A stretch of DNA of 64,000 bases from Bilabrum cf. latius (GCA_965178125.1 OZ237762.1:62001-126000), one strand, 5' to 3'; shown: positions 1-14,251, numbered from the stretch's first letter. Notes: generated by a model not told the origin, from the letters alone. A program made the numbers and translations.

Positions 1-58
1 ATCCGATCACATCCACCACGAACCTAAAAAGCATCTATTTGGAGGATATAGAGTAGAT

Positions 59-738
59 ATGCCGCCCAAGTTCGACCCCGCTCAGGCCCAGTACCTTGTT
101 ATGCGCGTGACTGGTGGCGAGGTGGCTGCCCCGTCCGCTCTTGCCCCCAAGCTTGGTCCCCTCGGTCTCGTGAGATGGTTGTATTGATTACTGGAGCTGT
201 TCCCATCCCTGGAGTACCAGGGGCAACGTTGCAGCTAATTCATACTTATCAAATTTGCTTTGCGTCCAAGATCCATGCGGATATAGGAACGTGTTACGTC
301 TACTTCAGCGAGACTTGATTTGTCGAACCGATCGATTCGTGTGCGCAGTCCCCCAAGAAGGTGGGTGATGACATCCAGAAGGGAACTATGGACTGGAAGG
401 GTCTGCGAGTGACCGTCAAGCTGACGATCGTGAACAGGTAGGCCTCCGTGGAAATCCTGCCGTCAGCATCCTCCCTGCTGATCAAGGCTCTTAACGAGCC
501 CGAGCGCGACCGGAAGAAGGGCCCCAAGGACATCAAGCACGATGGCAACCTTACCTTCGACCAGGTGCTGGACATTGCCCGAACCATGCGCCCCAGCTCT
601 ATGGCTAGGGAGTTCAAGGGAACCGTCAAGGAGATCCTCGGAACGTGCAACTCTATCGGCTGCACCGTGGATGGCAAGCAGCCCAGGGACCTGCAGAAGG
701 CCATCACCAAGAACGAGGTGGACGTGCCGGAGGCATGA
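59..738 (+). CDS. RPL12: 60S ribosomal protein L12 (uL11); intron 170-348; in-frame TAG 439-441 read as Gln
   Basis: MPPKFDP...[75 protein letters not shown]; the family has NRQA at the TAG; ends TGA. Confidence 0.97.
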
Positions 739-978
739 ATGGGTTAGCACGCGGATATAGGATACAGCGAGGCATCGTATCGGCTGGACACAATCAGTCC
801 TCCCCGGCGACTGCAGGTTCCATTATGTGAGCCACGGAGCCGGGGTATGTTTGTGGGTAGTCGAATAGAATAAATAGCGATTCTCGTTATAGTTTCAGTA
901 TTGGCGACTCTTGGATTGGAGTCGAGTGCAGCTAGCACCGAACGATCACCAGCTGCGGCACACGCTAGGTTCAGGTTC

Positions 979-3900
979 TCACTGCACTGTCGGGGTGGTT
1001 GGAGGCGTTGGGGTACCGTACTTCCAGCGGTTGGCGCTGCTGTGCAGAGCTGCCAACGCGTTCCTCACTCCGCTGGCGGCCTCCACATGCCCGTGACCCC
1101 CTTCAACTGCCGGGGTGACCTCACCGTTCCCATGCCCGTCCCAACGACCGTGCCTCCCACGCGCCTTCCTTGACCCCTGTTGCCCCACAGGCGCATGGGT
1201 AGACCCCTCCCTCCTTGCCTGCCGCTACCCTGCGCCCAGCCGCACCGTCCTCCCGCCCCTGTCGTATCCCGTGGGCGCCCCCCGCAGCAGGATGGCATCC
1301 AGCACGGGCACCCGCATGAGCACGTACGGTGCCTGGCCCAAGGCAAACCCGCACCTGAGCCAGAAGAGGAGTGCGGCCCCTCGCCACGAGAGAGGGGGTG
1401 CCCACCTGCCTGCAGGCACCTGCCCCCATCCCCAGTGCCCCTCGATGCACCACACCCTCACGCACAGGGCACACAGCACCAGCACGCTCACCGCAGCTGC
1501 GTGATAGCCCCTCAGTCTCCCCAGCTCGCCCCCCCGCACGTGCATCCAGGGAGGCAGCCCCCGCTCAGCAGGAGCAGCTGCAGCACCCCCATCCGGCGCG
1601 GCCTCCTTGTTCCCTGTGCGTGGAGCAGTCTCGCTGGAGCCGAACGGCCACGCGGCCCACGCTGAGCCCCCCGCCGACTGGACACCCCTGTCGGCTGTGC
1701 CACCATCAGCAGTCTCTTGGCAGTCGATGTCCTCACAGCTGCGTTCTCCACCTCTGGTTTCCTGCGCGCCCCCATTCCCCGCCCTGTCCCTGTCTCTATC
1801 GCACAGTGTGAGCAGCCCGCAGTCCCACAGCGGGGCCATGCGGGTCACTGCCAGCGAGCGCCTTCTCTGGGAGCAGCTCGGCAGCCGCAGTGCCCGCCAG
1901 ACGATGGCCCACCAACTGAGCACCACAGCCAACCACACATCGACCAGGGACACAGTCGAGGACCAGGAAGCCAGCCCTGCCTGCCGCGCTGTGGAGCTAT
2001 CTGCAGGTGCAATCGCATGGACCCGCTGCCACTCGCCTCCCTCCCCTGACGTGTCCTGCTCCGAACCAACCGAGGACGAGCTACTCAGCGCACGACTTCG
2101 GACCCTTCTGCTGCTGTTGACTCCCTCCCGCTCTTCCCCCCCTTCCCTCTCGGGGGAATGCGCCTCATCTACCCTTCTTGCAGCCCTGTGCTTGCCCCCC
2201 ACAGCCCTCGAGGTCAGCGGCAGCAGGGCAAAGCAGAGCCCCACCAGCAGCAGCTGCAGCAGCAGCAGATACACGTCCAGCGTGGACACGCGGGGCCCCC
2301 ACCGCGCACAAGGGTGTGCCACTGGTGCACTTACGGGCAGGGGAAATTCGCTGGACACGATCTGGCTGGTGCTGCCACTGCTGCGATTGCCCACAGCAGC
2401 TGCTCCTGCATAGGAACCCCCGTGGACGGACCCGCCCCCGGGCTCCATGACCAGGGCACACAGGACCATGCGGGAGGCCCCTCCCACGAGTCCCCCCAGG
2501 CCAGTCCCCAGGAAGAGGCTCGCCATGAATCCCGCCAGAAACTGCGCCACCTGCCACTCGTCCCTCTTGTCAAGCAGCACCAGTTGCAGCAGCCACAGCA
2601 AGGGACCCAGCACAGGGGTGGCACCGGCTGCCTGCCAGCACCACCACTTCCAATCCCGCGCCCGCCGCCACACGCTGCCTACATGCGGCAGCAGCAGATG
2701 CAGGACCCTTGCCCTGACCTGATCGTACACCTCTAGCATCCTTGCACAGCAGCCCCTGCAGGTCCTCGGGGTGTGCCTACACCCCTCAGAGGCCCAGAGG
2801 TCTCGATACCGACCAGGGGGCCTCGCTGCCACTGGGCTCACCATGGCCTCTGGCTGGAGGGCGGGGCTTAGCATGAGCGAACGACGGGCAGTGTGACGAG
2901 CACTGATGCTTTGAGCAGTCGATGACGTGGAAGACGAAGACGGGGACCCGAAAGCGGTGCGCGGCATCGTGGACCCGGGGCGGCCACTAGTGTGATTGCG
3001 ATTGCGATTGCGGGTGCTGTTGTAGGTGTCGGTCCATGGAATGCCAGCGCCGGCGAGGGAGGGCGTTTGCGGGTGCATATCCATGTCCATGTCCGCCCGC
3101 TGAGGCTGGCGAGAGGCAATGCCATTGTTGTCCAGCTGGGCTGGGGAGGCGGGGCGCTGCACAGCGGGGGGCGCGCTCATGGACCCGTGGGGCTGTGGCT
3201 GGAGCTGTGGCTGCTGGGGCTTGGCCGGGTCTTCAGACGATGAGTCCGTGTCGATGCTCCTGACCGTGTCCCATACACCGCCCTTGAGCTCTGGCTTTGT
3301 GCCATCGATGGAGGCACCCCCGTCCACAAAGGGTGGATGGGTCGGCTCGAGCATGGCATCATCACCTGCACGTATCGATGGACTTGGCACGAGCAAGCTG
3401 GCTCTTGAGCCTCCAGGCTCGCTGTATCCCGCCCCTGCCTCTGTCCCTTCCACCATCAGTGTCCCCGGACCGCCGATGGGCCTGCTCTCGTCGCTCCCCT
3501 CGTGCTGCAGCTCCACACCGAGGTATCGCCGGATGGCTCCTTGCAGCGCGCTTGAGGCGGCCACCTGAACGCGTTCCTCGAGAATGGGTTCCAGCCGAAG
3601 TACAGCCCCCCTCACAAGCGATCGGAGCACTTCAGGCATGTCAGGGTCACCTGCAGCACTGGCAGCGGCGGCCTGCACAGCGGCAGCGATCCCGTCGCGA
3701 ACGCGCGCAGATAACTCCCCTTGAGCAGAGCGACCAACAGCTCTGATAGTACGATTGTATAGGCGGGCGTTCGCCCTTTTCACTATGTCATAGGCCCACC
3801 GAGCCTGCTACGAGAGGCTAGCGATGTACTGCCGCAGAGGGTTTGGTCGTCCTCGAATGGCATCCGCTAGCGCCGCAAGACCAATCATCGGGCCAGCTGC

Positions 3901-4236
3901 AGATGCTCTTATTGATAATAAATCCCGAATTGAGGCTTGCACTAGCTTCAATTCGTCGCCAACTGCACGAATTGCCCATCCTGATGCAGTCCCTAGCGGT
4001 TCCAGGCTTGCTCGAGCCGTTTTACCAATAGATGAGCCCGACAAATTCCGCCAGAATGAGTGAACACACCACCATAATCCCGCTAGGAGCCCAATCTGAG
4101 CAGCTATGGCAGTAGGACTCCGGTTCGAAGCAGCACTCCTCCGGACATGACGAAGGATAAGTCCCAGGGCGACTGCGATCGCCAAAGCTGAGACGGCGCG
4201 GTTTCCCGAGCCCTTTTCATTGTTCAAAGAGGTCAT
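979..4236 (-). CDS. Uncharacterised multi-pass membrane protein (start uncertain)
   Basis: Track ORFs 3808-4290, 1225-3783 and 979-1188 join in one frame through TAGs and end at TGA; hydrophobic segments; DKRDEWQVAQF and PTGYDRGG motifs. Confidence 0.6.
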
Positions 4237-4382
4237 TAGGACACCGGCGACTATCGGAGCACCCAGGATCGCATCCTTCGATAACAACACAGTGTTGCGA
4301 CCTTGAAGACTGTTGACCGTGACGACGAGGGAGACGCATCTCGGGAGTTATTCTTTGCCTCGCGGCAGCTTAATTGCAGAGA

Positions 4383-6695
4383 ATGGCCGAAGCTGAAGAA
4401 ACTACTAGGAAAGAGGAAACTTAGCCAGTTTTGGGGGAGACGAAGCCAGACGAGGCCGACGGGGCGGACGCAAGCGAGGCAGCGACCGATCCGAAACATG
4501 TTGATCTTCCTTCCGTGAAATGCTCTGGCTCCATCAGATTCGGCTCGCCCATCCTAGTTGCCTGGGCAGAAAAATAGCGAAATTATATGATGTTCAGTTG
4601 GCCGACTCGCTTGATGATCGTGACGACCCAGGCAGTGATGTACTTTACCGATGGACCCGTCCGAAGTTCTTTCGATCAGTGGGGTAAGGAAGAGACATCC
4701 TCGAAGATTGTGGAGGCAGCGCTGGCCGGTGCATCTCAGCCAGCTGAAGAAAATTTGGAGGCGACTGAACCGGCTGCCGACGGAAAAGCTACCGCCCCTG
4801 CTGCCTTCGATCACGATTCCTCCGAGGCCCATCAATCGGCCAGGATGCCCCTTGTCACCTTCGGGGCGCCCGCACTCGGGCCGCCCATGCCCGGCACAGC
4901 TGGATCGACATCGTCCAGCGACAGCGAGGCCACAGACCGGGACCGCGCCCTCGCCCGGGGCTGCATCGAGCTGCTGCTGTCTGCCCCCGACGAGGGCAAG
5001 ACCTTCCTCGAGCCAGGGAGCGAGCACGCCGCGCACAGGGAGGACGGGGCAGGGGCTCGCGCTGCACGCATCCTCGCGCAGGCCTCGCTGAGCGTGGAGG
5101 ACCTCCCTTCGATCCGCGGGTTCGTGGGGCTGGACAGGATCGTGAAGGTTCGCTCTCTAGCGCTGGATGGGGCTGAGAGCGTGGACGACCACTTGAAGGA
5201 GGTAGGCGAGAGGGAGGCCGCGGGGGCCGTGGCCCAGGCTGTCGAGGAACAGAGCGGGGAGCAGGCTGCCAGCGAGGGCGAGGAGCAGAAGGATGATGAG
5301 GGACAAGAGGGCCAGGGGGCATCCTCTGGCGCCGGCAGCGGGGGCATGGCTCGGCCCGCCAGCTTCTACGTGCAGGCGGATGACGAGGAGGGTGGGGCCG
5401 TGCTGCACGAAGCTGTGTCCCCTGCCAACGTGCGGGCAGGCGTGGATGCCAGCAGGAGGGATGCGAGGGACGTGTACCTGGACCTGAGGGGGGGCGAGAC
5501 GGTGGCGCTGCGGCTGTACACGGTGGAGGAGGCTGCCAGGTTTGCAGCCGTGGTGCGGGGGGCGGCAACTGCCTCCCGGTTGCATGCAGCAAGCGCCGCT
5601 GCAACTACGGCTGTAGCTGCTGGAACTGGAGCAGAGGCCGATACAGCGGCTGCTGAGCACGACCGTGCAGTGCAGGAGGCGCTTGCCGAGGGAGGTGAGG
5701 GCGAAGGGGGGGAGATGCCAGGCGACGGCGGTGCCCGGGGATTGATGCGCGTGCCGTCTCTGCGGGAGGGAGAAGACGGAGCAGAGGGAGAAGAGGCCGA
5801 GGGCGTGGATGATATCGGGACCTAGGTGGACGTGCAGGAGCAGGGGACTGGGGAGCAGCGTGAGGTTGAGGCACAGAAGAGTAGCGACAAGCAGGAACCA
5901 GCGGCAGAGCAGCAGGAGGGCAAGGAGGAGGAGGGCAAGGAGGGCAAGGAGGGCAAGGAGGAGGAGAGTGGCTCTGCTAGCGGGGGTCAGAAGGAACAAG
6001 AGGGCAGCGAGGGTCAGAAGGACGGTGAGCAGGGGCGGGCGCTGGCAGGTGGTGCATCGGCGTCGTCCGAGGATGCTGCCTCAAGTGCCTCCACGAGCGC
6101 GCCCAGGACCCGGGCCAAAGCCGAAAGCGGTCAAGCCAAGGCCACTGCCAACGGTGCCAGTGCGGAAGTTGATGGCAGCAGGGATGGACCGAGCACACCG
6201 ACTGGCACTGATGGGACCACAAGCCAGAAGGGAGCAGGTGCTGCCGCTGCTGCCGCTGGTTCGGGCGGTGCCCACGAAGGAAAGCATCAGGTGGAGGAGG
6301 GCGACCAGGAGGTCAAGGCCGAGGCTGAGGCTGAGGGTGAGGCTGCGCCGCTCAAAGAGCAGTCGCAGCACGCAGCTCCAGCAGAGATGGCAGCCCCCGA
6401 TGCAGATGCCTCCGGAGTCGACGAGAAGCAGGGCCAGAGCGCACCCGAGGCACAGGCCAGCGAGGCCAAGGAGGAGGAGAAGCCTAAGGAAGAGGAGAAG
6501 CCGGCGCCCAAGGAGGCAGCACCTAAGTCTGCTCCTGTTGCAGGCAGCGTGCGCAAGGTGGAGCAGCATGAGGAGGCCAGCGTGCGCAAGGTGGAGCAGC
6601 ATGAGGAGGCCAGCGTGCGCAAGGTGGAGCAGCATGAGGAGGCCAGCGCCCAAGCGCCTGCGGACGCAGGGGGCTGCTGCTGCGTGGTCAGTTGA
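4383..6695 (+). CDS. Probable PH-like-domain protein with acidic low-complexity tail and C-terminal GGCCCVVS (CaaX-like) motif
   Basis: One frame from ATG 4383 through TAGs at 4422, 4575 and 5823 to TGA; WAEK*RNYMMFSWPTRLMIVTTQAVMYF resembles PH strands 1-3. Confidence 0.65.
6546..6647 (+). repeat. Coding 33-bp tandem repeat x3 (SVRKVEQHEEA)
   Basis: Three consecutive copies of agcgtgcgcaaggtggagcagcatgaggaggcc. Confidence 0.9.
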
Positions 6696-6772
6696 TCAGA
6701 GCCTGGCCTTGTGGCGTGACTCGTGTGTCCCTGTCGGCTTGAAGTACAACACAACTGCAGATGAAGGCTTGG

Positions 6773-7774
6773 TCATCGGCCCTTTTTCACAATTGCCCCG
6801 TCGATGGCTCGCACAAGCGCATCGTAGGCGGCGAATGTCGCTGACACTTCCACAATGACCCTGCACAGCCGAGGCCCCACGCCCTTGTACAGGCCAAGCA
6901 AGCCGTCCTCCCGCACGGTCGTCGCCAAGCAGTGCGCCAAACCACGATATCTCCCAGCATGCAGCCCCTACATGTTAGTCTTGGCAGTGTCGAATGGCTG
7001 TGTTGCCACCACGCTCACTGCCCCGCTGATGGCGCCTGCACCAGCACTGACCGCCACTTCTCGTGCTCCTGCTGAAACTGCCCCGTCAGCCGATTGGGGA
7101 CTGCTGTGACTTGCCTACCTATCCATCATGGACTCTATGAACCCTCTCGCTTCCGCAAAGCACGCGAATCGAATCGCCTGGTTGAGCGCGATCTTTGTGA
7201 GGGTGGCACCCAGCCCTTGGTACAGGCCCGACAGCCCTTCCTCTCTCGCGATCGTGCGAATGCCATGCCATAAACCATTGTAATGCGGTGTACCTCGATT
7301 AAAGTCCTGAATTAGCTTAACTTGGATAGTGGTCATCGGCGTGACGATTAGTGAAGCTTCGAGCAGCCCGCAGACTACGCCACCAGCAGCGCGTTCCATG
7401 GGCAAAAGACCGGCTCCTGGCTGATGGCGTTTGGTCATATCTACTTTTCGTTCCGACTAGTGGCCAGCAAGGCTGAGTCGCCAATCAGCGAAGGCATTAA
7501 ACACCCCGAAGCGCAGAGCAACTCGTGGAAATGCAAACACGAGGTTACTTGAAATACCACGATAAAATCCTGGGAGCCCGCGTTTGTTCCATGTGCTCGA
7601 GGCAACGTCGAACAAACCCGAAAACTTTGGCTGGAGCTTTGACGCGCTCGCTGCTTGCGAACTTATTTGTAATTGAGTCTTCGTAAGCTCAAACGGGTAC
7701 GATAGGCAAATTTCGAAGCACCCCGCCAGCCCACCAGCAAGAATACCAACAGGATCGAATAATGATGACGCCAT
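6773..7774 (-). CDS. Mitochondrial carrier (SLC25), probably tricarboxylate/citrate carrier-like
   Basis: Three carrier signatures: PFELTKTQLQ, PMTTIQVKLIQ, PFDTAKTNM*GL; TAGs at 7457, 7115 and 6968; TGA stop. Confidence 0.9.
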
Positions 7775-7942
7775 AATAAGTAAGCGCCTTGCTCGCTTTC
7801 AATCATTGACGAACGGCGAAATTGATCCAACTTGAAGGAAGGTTCGCTCCTAGGGTTCTCTGCGAACGAAACTGCAACTGCAGCGCTCGTCGGAGCAAGG
7901 GCTCAATTGAAGCATTGCACGACTAGTTTGCGGATTAACGAA

Positions 7943-9643
7943 ATGCAAAGAGTACTCACACGAATTTCTAGCCGGCTCGAACTAGGATCGTCACGGTGTT
8001 TTCGAACACGTCACGCAGCGCTTCGCCTGTGCTCGCAAGCCGCATCGGTGAACGTCAAGGTCCGGAACAACGCTAGCACCTACGAGAGATTTTTGAATGA
8101 TGCACAGGGGAAATACAACTTGCTGGGACAGTTCCCACAGCTACAATAGGGCGGGCTAGTGTCAGTCTCATTTCCAGGTCGAGTTAGGGTGCTCCCCATG
8201 TGGGCAGAACACGCAGAGGTGTACGCAATGGGACCGCAAAGTAGCATGTCAAGTATAGAAGTTCACACTGGGCAAGATGCATTGGAAAAGATCGCTGATG
8301 ACGCTGCGCGTAGCGAGGAGCACCTGCCGGCAGGAGTGCTGCACGTTTCTGCAGCCGAGGGCGGCGAGGAGGACGAGATCGTCGTCTGCGTACCGCAGGC
8401 CAGTAATCTGCAGGTAATTGCCGGTGGTCACCCTGTGCAGATATCGGACAAGCTAGAAGGCACTGTTCACGTGCGCACCACGGAGGGCTCCATCACGGCC
8501 CACAAGCTGCGGGGCGAGCGCGTCCATCTCCTGTCCCAGTCGGGGGATGTGTCCGTGTCAGGGGTGGTCGAGGGTGAGCTGGTGCTCTTTGGGAAACGAA
8601 TCAATGTGCAGAAGGTGCTGGCATCCACGGCTGACATGCAGGCCGACCTTGAGCTGACGGTGGGGGCCATCTACGCACAGGAAGCAACAGTGCGGGTGTT
8701 GCCTGAGCTCGGCGCTTCTGGCGACACGGGCGAGTTAGTAGGCTCTTAGGATGCCTGTTCTGCTACTGTCTGCTCGTTAGGGACCGTGCAGGGTGCTCTC
8801 GTCATGCAGGTGCACCCGGGGCCAGGGAACAAGGGCGCTGTCAGTGTGGGTGGCCTCACTGGGTCGATGGAGGCTTGGCTGGGCGAAGGCGTTAGCATGG
8901 ACCTGCATCTGGACGAGGGAGAGAGGGCGGCCGGGGCGGGGGCGGTCTCTGTTGACGCCGGGGGGGATGTGCGGGTGAGCCTAGGCAGGCCGGCGCGGGC
9001 ACATGTGCGGCTCACTGCCGGGGGCGCGCAGGGCACAGCCTCGCTGCATGGCCCCTCGGGTTCGCTGGAAGGGTTCACAGTGCAGGGCGATGGTGCGCGC
9101 GATGAGCAGGGATCTAGCCCTAGTAATCATTTGTCAGCTCCTGCAGTGCGTCCGCTGGAGGGGTCTCGGTACGTGAAGGGGCTAGGGCAGGATGGGGCAG
9201 GTGCTGCTGGGAGGTCGGTGCTGGGCGGGGAGGAGGAGGGCGAGGGTTGCTTGTCGGGTACGGAAGTTGAGGGCTTGCTGGAGGTAGGAAGTACTGGGGG
9301 CGGTGTGGGCGGGTGGGGGAAGAGCGAGGGGGTGTCTGGGGGCGAGGGGCGCGGCGTGCAGCTGGAGGGAGGGCAGGGGCAGGGGCAGGGGCAGGGGCAC
9401 AGCGGCAAGATCAGCGATGCAGGGCGGCTGGCTGCGAGCTGGAGAGGCCGGGCTGGCAATGGGTTGGTCGAAGACAACGATGCAGAGGTGGGGCTTTCGG
9501 CACCGGGTGAAAACGGGGTCGGCTGCGGCAAGATCGAGCTGGCCAGCCGACAGGGCTCCGTGCAGGTCGAGGTCGTGGGGTGGTCCGAGATGGTCAGGCG
9601 GAAGGCGCGGGCGCGGGTGGCTGCCAAGCTGGCGAGGAAGTGA
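7943..9643 (+). CDS. DUF4097/FAM185A-like beta-strand repeat protein with a likely mitochondrial presequence
   Basis: Arg/Ser-rich N-terminus; VHVRTTEGSI and LLSQSGDVSV repeats; TAGs at 8147 and 8747 in frame; TGA stop. Confidence 0.6.
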
Positions 9644-9915
9644 ATGCGTGGAAGCGGGACCGGGAATGTGAATAGTAGTGCATGCAAGCGTTTCGACGGC
9701 AACGGCCGTGCCAGCGCGTGCGGTGCAGTGGGCGTCGGGCCGCGCAGTGGTTCCGCAGAGCAGTGATAAAGTACTTCACAGCGGTCCTACTGGCGTATTC
9801 AATCTGCCATTGGGCTGACTGCAACGCAAATACTTTAAATTTGATCGCATTCAGCTGAGCTTGAGAGACAAGCCTGGAACATTCAAAATTGGCAAGAAGT
9901 TAGCTCGTATTTGCG

Positions 9916-12900
9916 ATGTCGGCGAAGGAACCAGAGCCGAGAGGTGAAGGACCGCCTGTTGGGACGCCAACCAAGGAGCAAATTCTTAGGATTGTGAATG
10001 AATTGTCTTCGGACATTGATGCAAATCGTATACGCGCGACAGAGCTGCTCAGTATGGCCAAAAAGACAAGATTAGCGGACTTAGTTGTTGGCCTGATGGC
10101 TGTGAGTTTGCGGGATGTTTCCAAAACAGAATCGTCTTCGGATTGCGACCACCAAATACGTTCTTGCTTATTTGCTGCTCTACACTGTCTCGCAGATCTT
10201 GCAAAACGAGAGCAACCCAGCGGCACGGCACATGGCTGCTGTAGTCCTTAAGGGAGTGCTGCTAGGCATGCGCGGCGAGTCTGCCGGGCTCTTCTTGCTG
10301 CATCAACCAGTGCGAGCGGCAATGAGAAATGGAGTACTTCGTCTTCTTGAAACTGAGCGCATTGCGAGCGTGCGCAACGGCCTCACAATTCTGGCTGGGC
10401 ATCTGGGAGTCGCGCTGGTGACGGACGGCTGGTGGCCGGAGCTCATGCCATGGATTCGGAAAGCTCTGGGCAACAAGAAAGTCCCCGAAATCCGAGTTAG
10501 CGCCCTCCAGATGCTTAGCGAGATGGCCAACACGGTGGCCCACGGCATGCAGGCCGACCACGCCGGCATCGCTGCCGCCCTGCGAGCGAGCATGCAGGAC
10601 GACGCCGCACCGGCCATGGTGCGCGTGGCGGCCGTGCAGTGCGTGGCCTACATTCTCACGGAGTTCGAGCGCTCTGCCTCTGTGGCCGACCCCTTCATGC
10701 CGCTGGGGGCAGGCAGCCTCCGCGTGCTGCAGTCGCTCTACCAGGCACACGACCACGAGGCCTGCCGCAAGTGCCTGCAGGCACTCACCGACGTGGCCAC
10801 ATACCAGCCAGGCGCATTCAGGGCCGCGGACAAGACCATGCTCACGGGCATGCTCTAGATCGCTCCCGTGAATACAGCGCCAGTGCAGCTGCGGTCCGCC
10901 GCCATCGAGCTGGTGCTGGCATACGCCGAGAACGCCTCCTCTGCGGCCAGGAGGATGCCGGAGAACGCGTATGCTAGGCGGACCATCCCCGTACTTTTTG
11001 GAATGCTGCTCGAGGTGGGAGATGACACCGCGGAGGCATGGCTCGGCCGAGAGACCTCGTAGGAATCAGACCCGCACGCGGTGTGCCACGTGGCGGAGCA
11101 GGCCATCGGCAGGCTGGGCTCGTACTTGGGGGCTAAGCGGGTGCTGAACACGGTCCTGTCCATGGCCAATGTGTTCTCTCAGACAGCCGAGCGCAAGAAG
11201 CAGTGGTAGTTTGCCCACGGGGCCGCGCTTGCCCTGGAGGCCTGCGCCAGCTTCTTGCCGGACGACATGCCCGACGAGCAGTACCAGAACGTGGCCGGCA
11301 TGCTGGTCAAGTTGGTGGAGCACCCGCACCCCAGGGTGCAGCAGGTGGCCGGCGAGGCCTTTTACCACCTCGTGGGACAGCACCCACTGACGTTTGCACA
11401 CGCTGCCAGCGCACAGATTTCCCGCGCCATCGGGCGGCTGGTCGCCTCTGATCACCAGCGGGTGCAGAGCCAGGCCTTCGAGCTGCTGGGCGAGTATGCG
11501 GGGCACGGGGTCACGCAGCACGTCAGCAGCATCGCCAAACCGGCTGCTCGCCGGGCCATCGAGCTGCTGGGGGGCACAGGGGGCAGGACCGTGCGGGAGG
11601 CGGCGCTGTCTTGCCTGTCTTTGATCGTGGACAACTGCCCCGAGGAGCTCAGCGAAGAGTACGCCCGGCTCATGCCGATCTTCATCGCCATCGTGGAGAA
11701 CCCGGAGAGAGCGCTCGCGGGGAGGAGCAGAGCGGCGGCGGCGGCGCTGCAAGGAGCGGACTTGAGGGTGGCCCGGGGCCACGCAATCGCGGCTGCGTGC
11801 GGCATGATCCGCAGCGCGGCTCGCTCTGGAGGCCCCATCGGGAACCGTGCCATCGTTTCGGATGGGCCGCGGCTTGTGCGGCTGCTGCTCCCCGTCCTGC
11901 GGGCCAGCGTGCCCCCGGCTGTGGTGCGAGACGCGCAGGAGGCCGCCTCTCGTATCATCGCGGCCAACACGGGTGCCTCGCCGCAGAAGGGGCCCAGGGC
12001 CTCCACGGGGCCCAACACATCGGACGAATTCGCGACGGCGGGCCTCGGTGGCAAGCCTCTGGGTGGGGACGATCCCTGTCGGTAGGATGTAGCCGCTGGG
12101 CTGCAGCAGCTAGCGGGCGTGCTAGGGCCCCGGTTCGTGCCTTTCTTGGATGACGTGATGCCGCTGCTGCTAGGCATGGCACACGCCGGCGTGGACCGCA
12201 AGGAGCTCTCGCAGGAAGAGCGCCTCGCTCAGCACGAGCGGGAGTTTGACCCGGACTACATGGCGGACGGGTACGAGACGTACGAGGGGCTGCACGAGGA
12301 GGAGGCGGTCGCCTACCGGGTGAAGGAGTCCTCTGTCGATGACAAGAACGTGGCGGTGCAGGTGCTGCATCACTTTGCAGAGAAATTCGGCCCATCCACG
12401 CTGCTGGGGAAGTGGGCCATGCCCATGGCTGCGGTGCTGCTGCCCATCATCGCCACCAAGGAGACTCCCTACCACCACTTGAGAGTGCTCGCTGCAGAGG
12501 CAGCCGACAGCGTGCTGGCCGCGCAGGTGTGCTCTGCGGCTGCTTCCTTGTCCGGGGATGCCCTCCAGCTGGCCTGTCGCCAGTCGCTGCTCATGGCTCT
12601 GGGCCCTCTGCTGGACGTGGTATCGAGGAACACCAAGTCGGAAAGCGGGCTGCAGCTGCAGTACGAGGCAGTGAGGCAGATCCGGGGGTGCTTGCTGGCG
12701 GCGTGCGAGGTGCGGCCCCACCGCGTGTCCTGCGAGGGGTTTCTTGAGTCCACCGAGAGGGGCACGGTCAACGGGCCGCAGCTGCCGGCGGGGGCAGGGG
12801 CCTCTGCACCTGCCTCTCCTGGGCCTGGCCCGGCCTCCTCCCCCTCTGGATCTGCATCCAGCTCCACTGCATCCGGACCCGACGCAGCCGCGCTGTCCGA

Positions 12901-14251
12901 GGTGCTGCGAGGAGTGCCCCCGTGGGCGATGATCCCGGGTAGGCCCGTGCAGGGGGGCCAGCTGCTGCAGGACGACACCGAAGGCAACCTGAGGTGGAGG
13001 AGACGATACCGCCCACTGCTGTCGGAGGAGCACTTGGAGCGGGTGCTCATGGTGCTGATGCAGGTGCTGAGGGGGTCCATGCAGCGCGTGGCGACCACCG
13101 TGGCGGAGGTGCGGTCGAATGCGTCCGACTTTGACGAGGACGAGATCGAAGAGGTGATCGCGCAAGTGAGGGAGCTGCAGTCGGTGCAGCAGGAGGTATG
13201 CAGGGCGGTGGGCGGGGTCAGCCTCTCCCACGGCGCGGCGGCCCTGGGTCCTTTGCGAAGGACCGTGTTCAAGGCCATCGAGGAGCACCTCGCGGGGGCC
13301 CACTCGCCGCCCTACAACGTCTTCCTGGCGGCAAGCATGGCGGAGGACGTGGTGGCAGGGTGCGGGCCGGCGGTGGCCCCGGGCCTGTCCAAGATCATGT
13401 CCATCTTTGGGAAGGGGTTCTCCAAGGGATCCATCCCGGCTCTCAAGCGGGCCTCTGTGTACGCCCTGGGGTCCTCTTGCGTGTACCTGGGCCAGCGCAT
13501 GGGCCCCCACCTGAAGCAGGTCATGGGCGCGCTGCACCCCCTCGTGCAAGGCGCCCTCGCCAGGGACAAGGCGCTCGCTGAGAAGAGGGCACCCTTCCCC
13601 GAGCCACCGGCCCCATCGGTGGGCATGCCCGCCCTCGAGGAACAGGCCTTCCGACCTGACCCCTTCGACGTGCAGGAGCAGCACCTCGTCCTGGACAACG
13701 CATGCAGCGCGCTGGGCAAGGTGCTGCACTTCACCATCTGCGGCGGAGGCCCTCGACCTCTGGATGCGGCCGTGAAGGTGCTGGGCGCGGAGGGAGGGCG
13801 CTCCCCTGCGGCGCTGGCCCGCAGCTTCGTGCAATCGCTGCCTCTGAACTACGACCAGGTCGAGTGCAGGTCGGCGGTGCAGCTGCTCGCGTGGCGCGTG
13901 GAGCTGGGTTGTTCTCTGGTGCTAGGCAAGGGGGGCTCCATGGTGCCTAAACTACTGGGCATCTTCGCTTATGCCAGCCACAAGGCAACGGTGCGCACTG
14001 CCTTCGTGCGGGCGGCAGTGGGTCGCGCGGTGAGGACCCTCCGCAGCAAGGCCCCCGCCGGCCTCATCGAGGAGGGGCTCAAACCGCTGCCTGCCAAGCT
14101 CAAGGACGCGCTGGAGGCTGCAGTGCAGTACTCACAATCCCCCGCTGCTTGCGCGGGCGTGCCGTCGGGCGCCCCCGTGTCCCCTGCCAAGGGCGGGGCT
14201 GCCATCGGCGGGGCTGCCGGGTCACCAGTGCCCCCGGGGTCGCCCTGGTGA
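9916..14251 (+). CDS. Importin-beta family HEAT-repeat karyopherin (importin-4/5-like); intron 10102-10195
   Basis: RHMAAVVLK, WWPELMPWI, EHPHPRVQ, LDNACSALGK, SLPLNYDQVE motifs; four in-frame TAGs; TGA stop. Confidence 0.85.
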
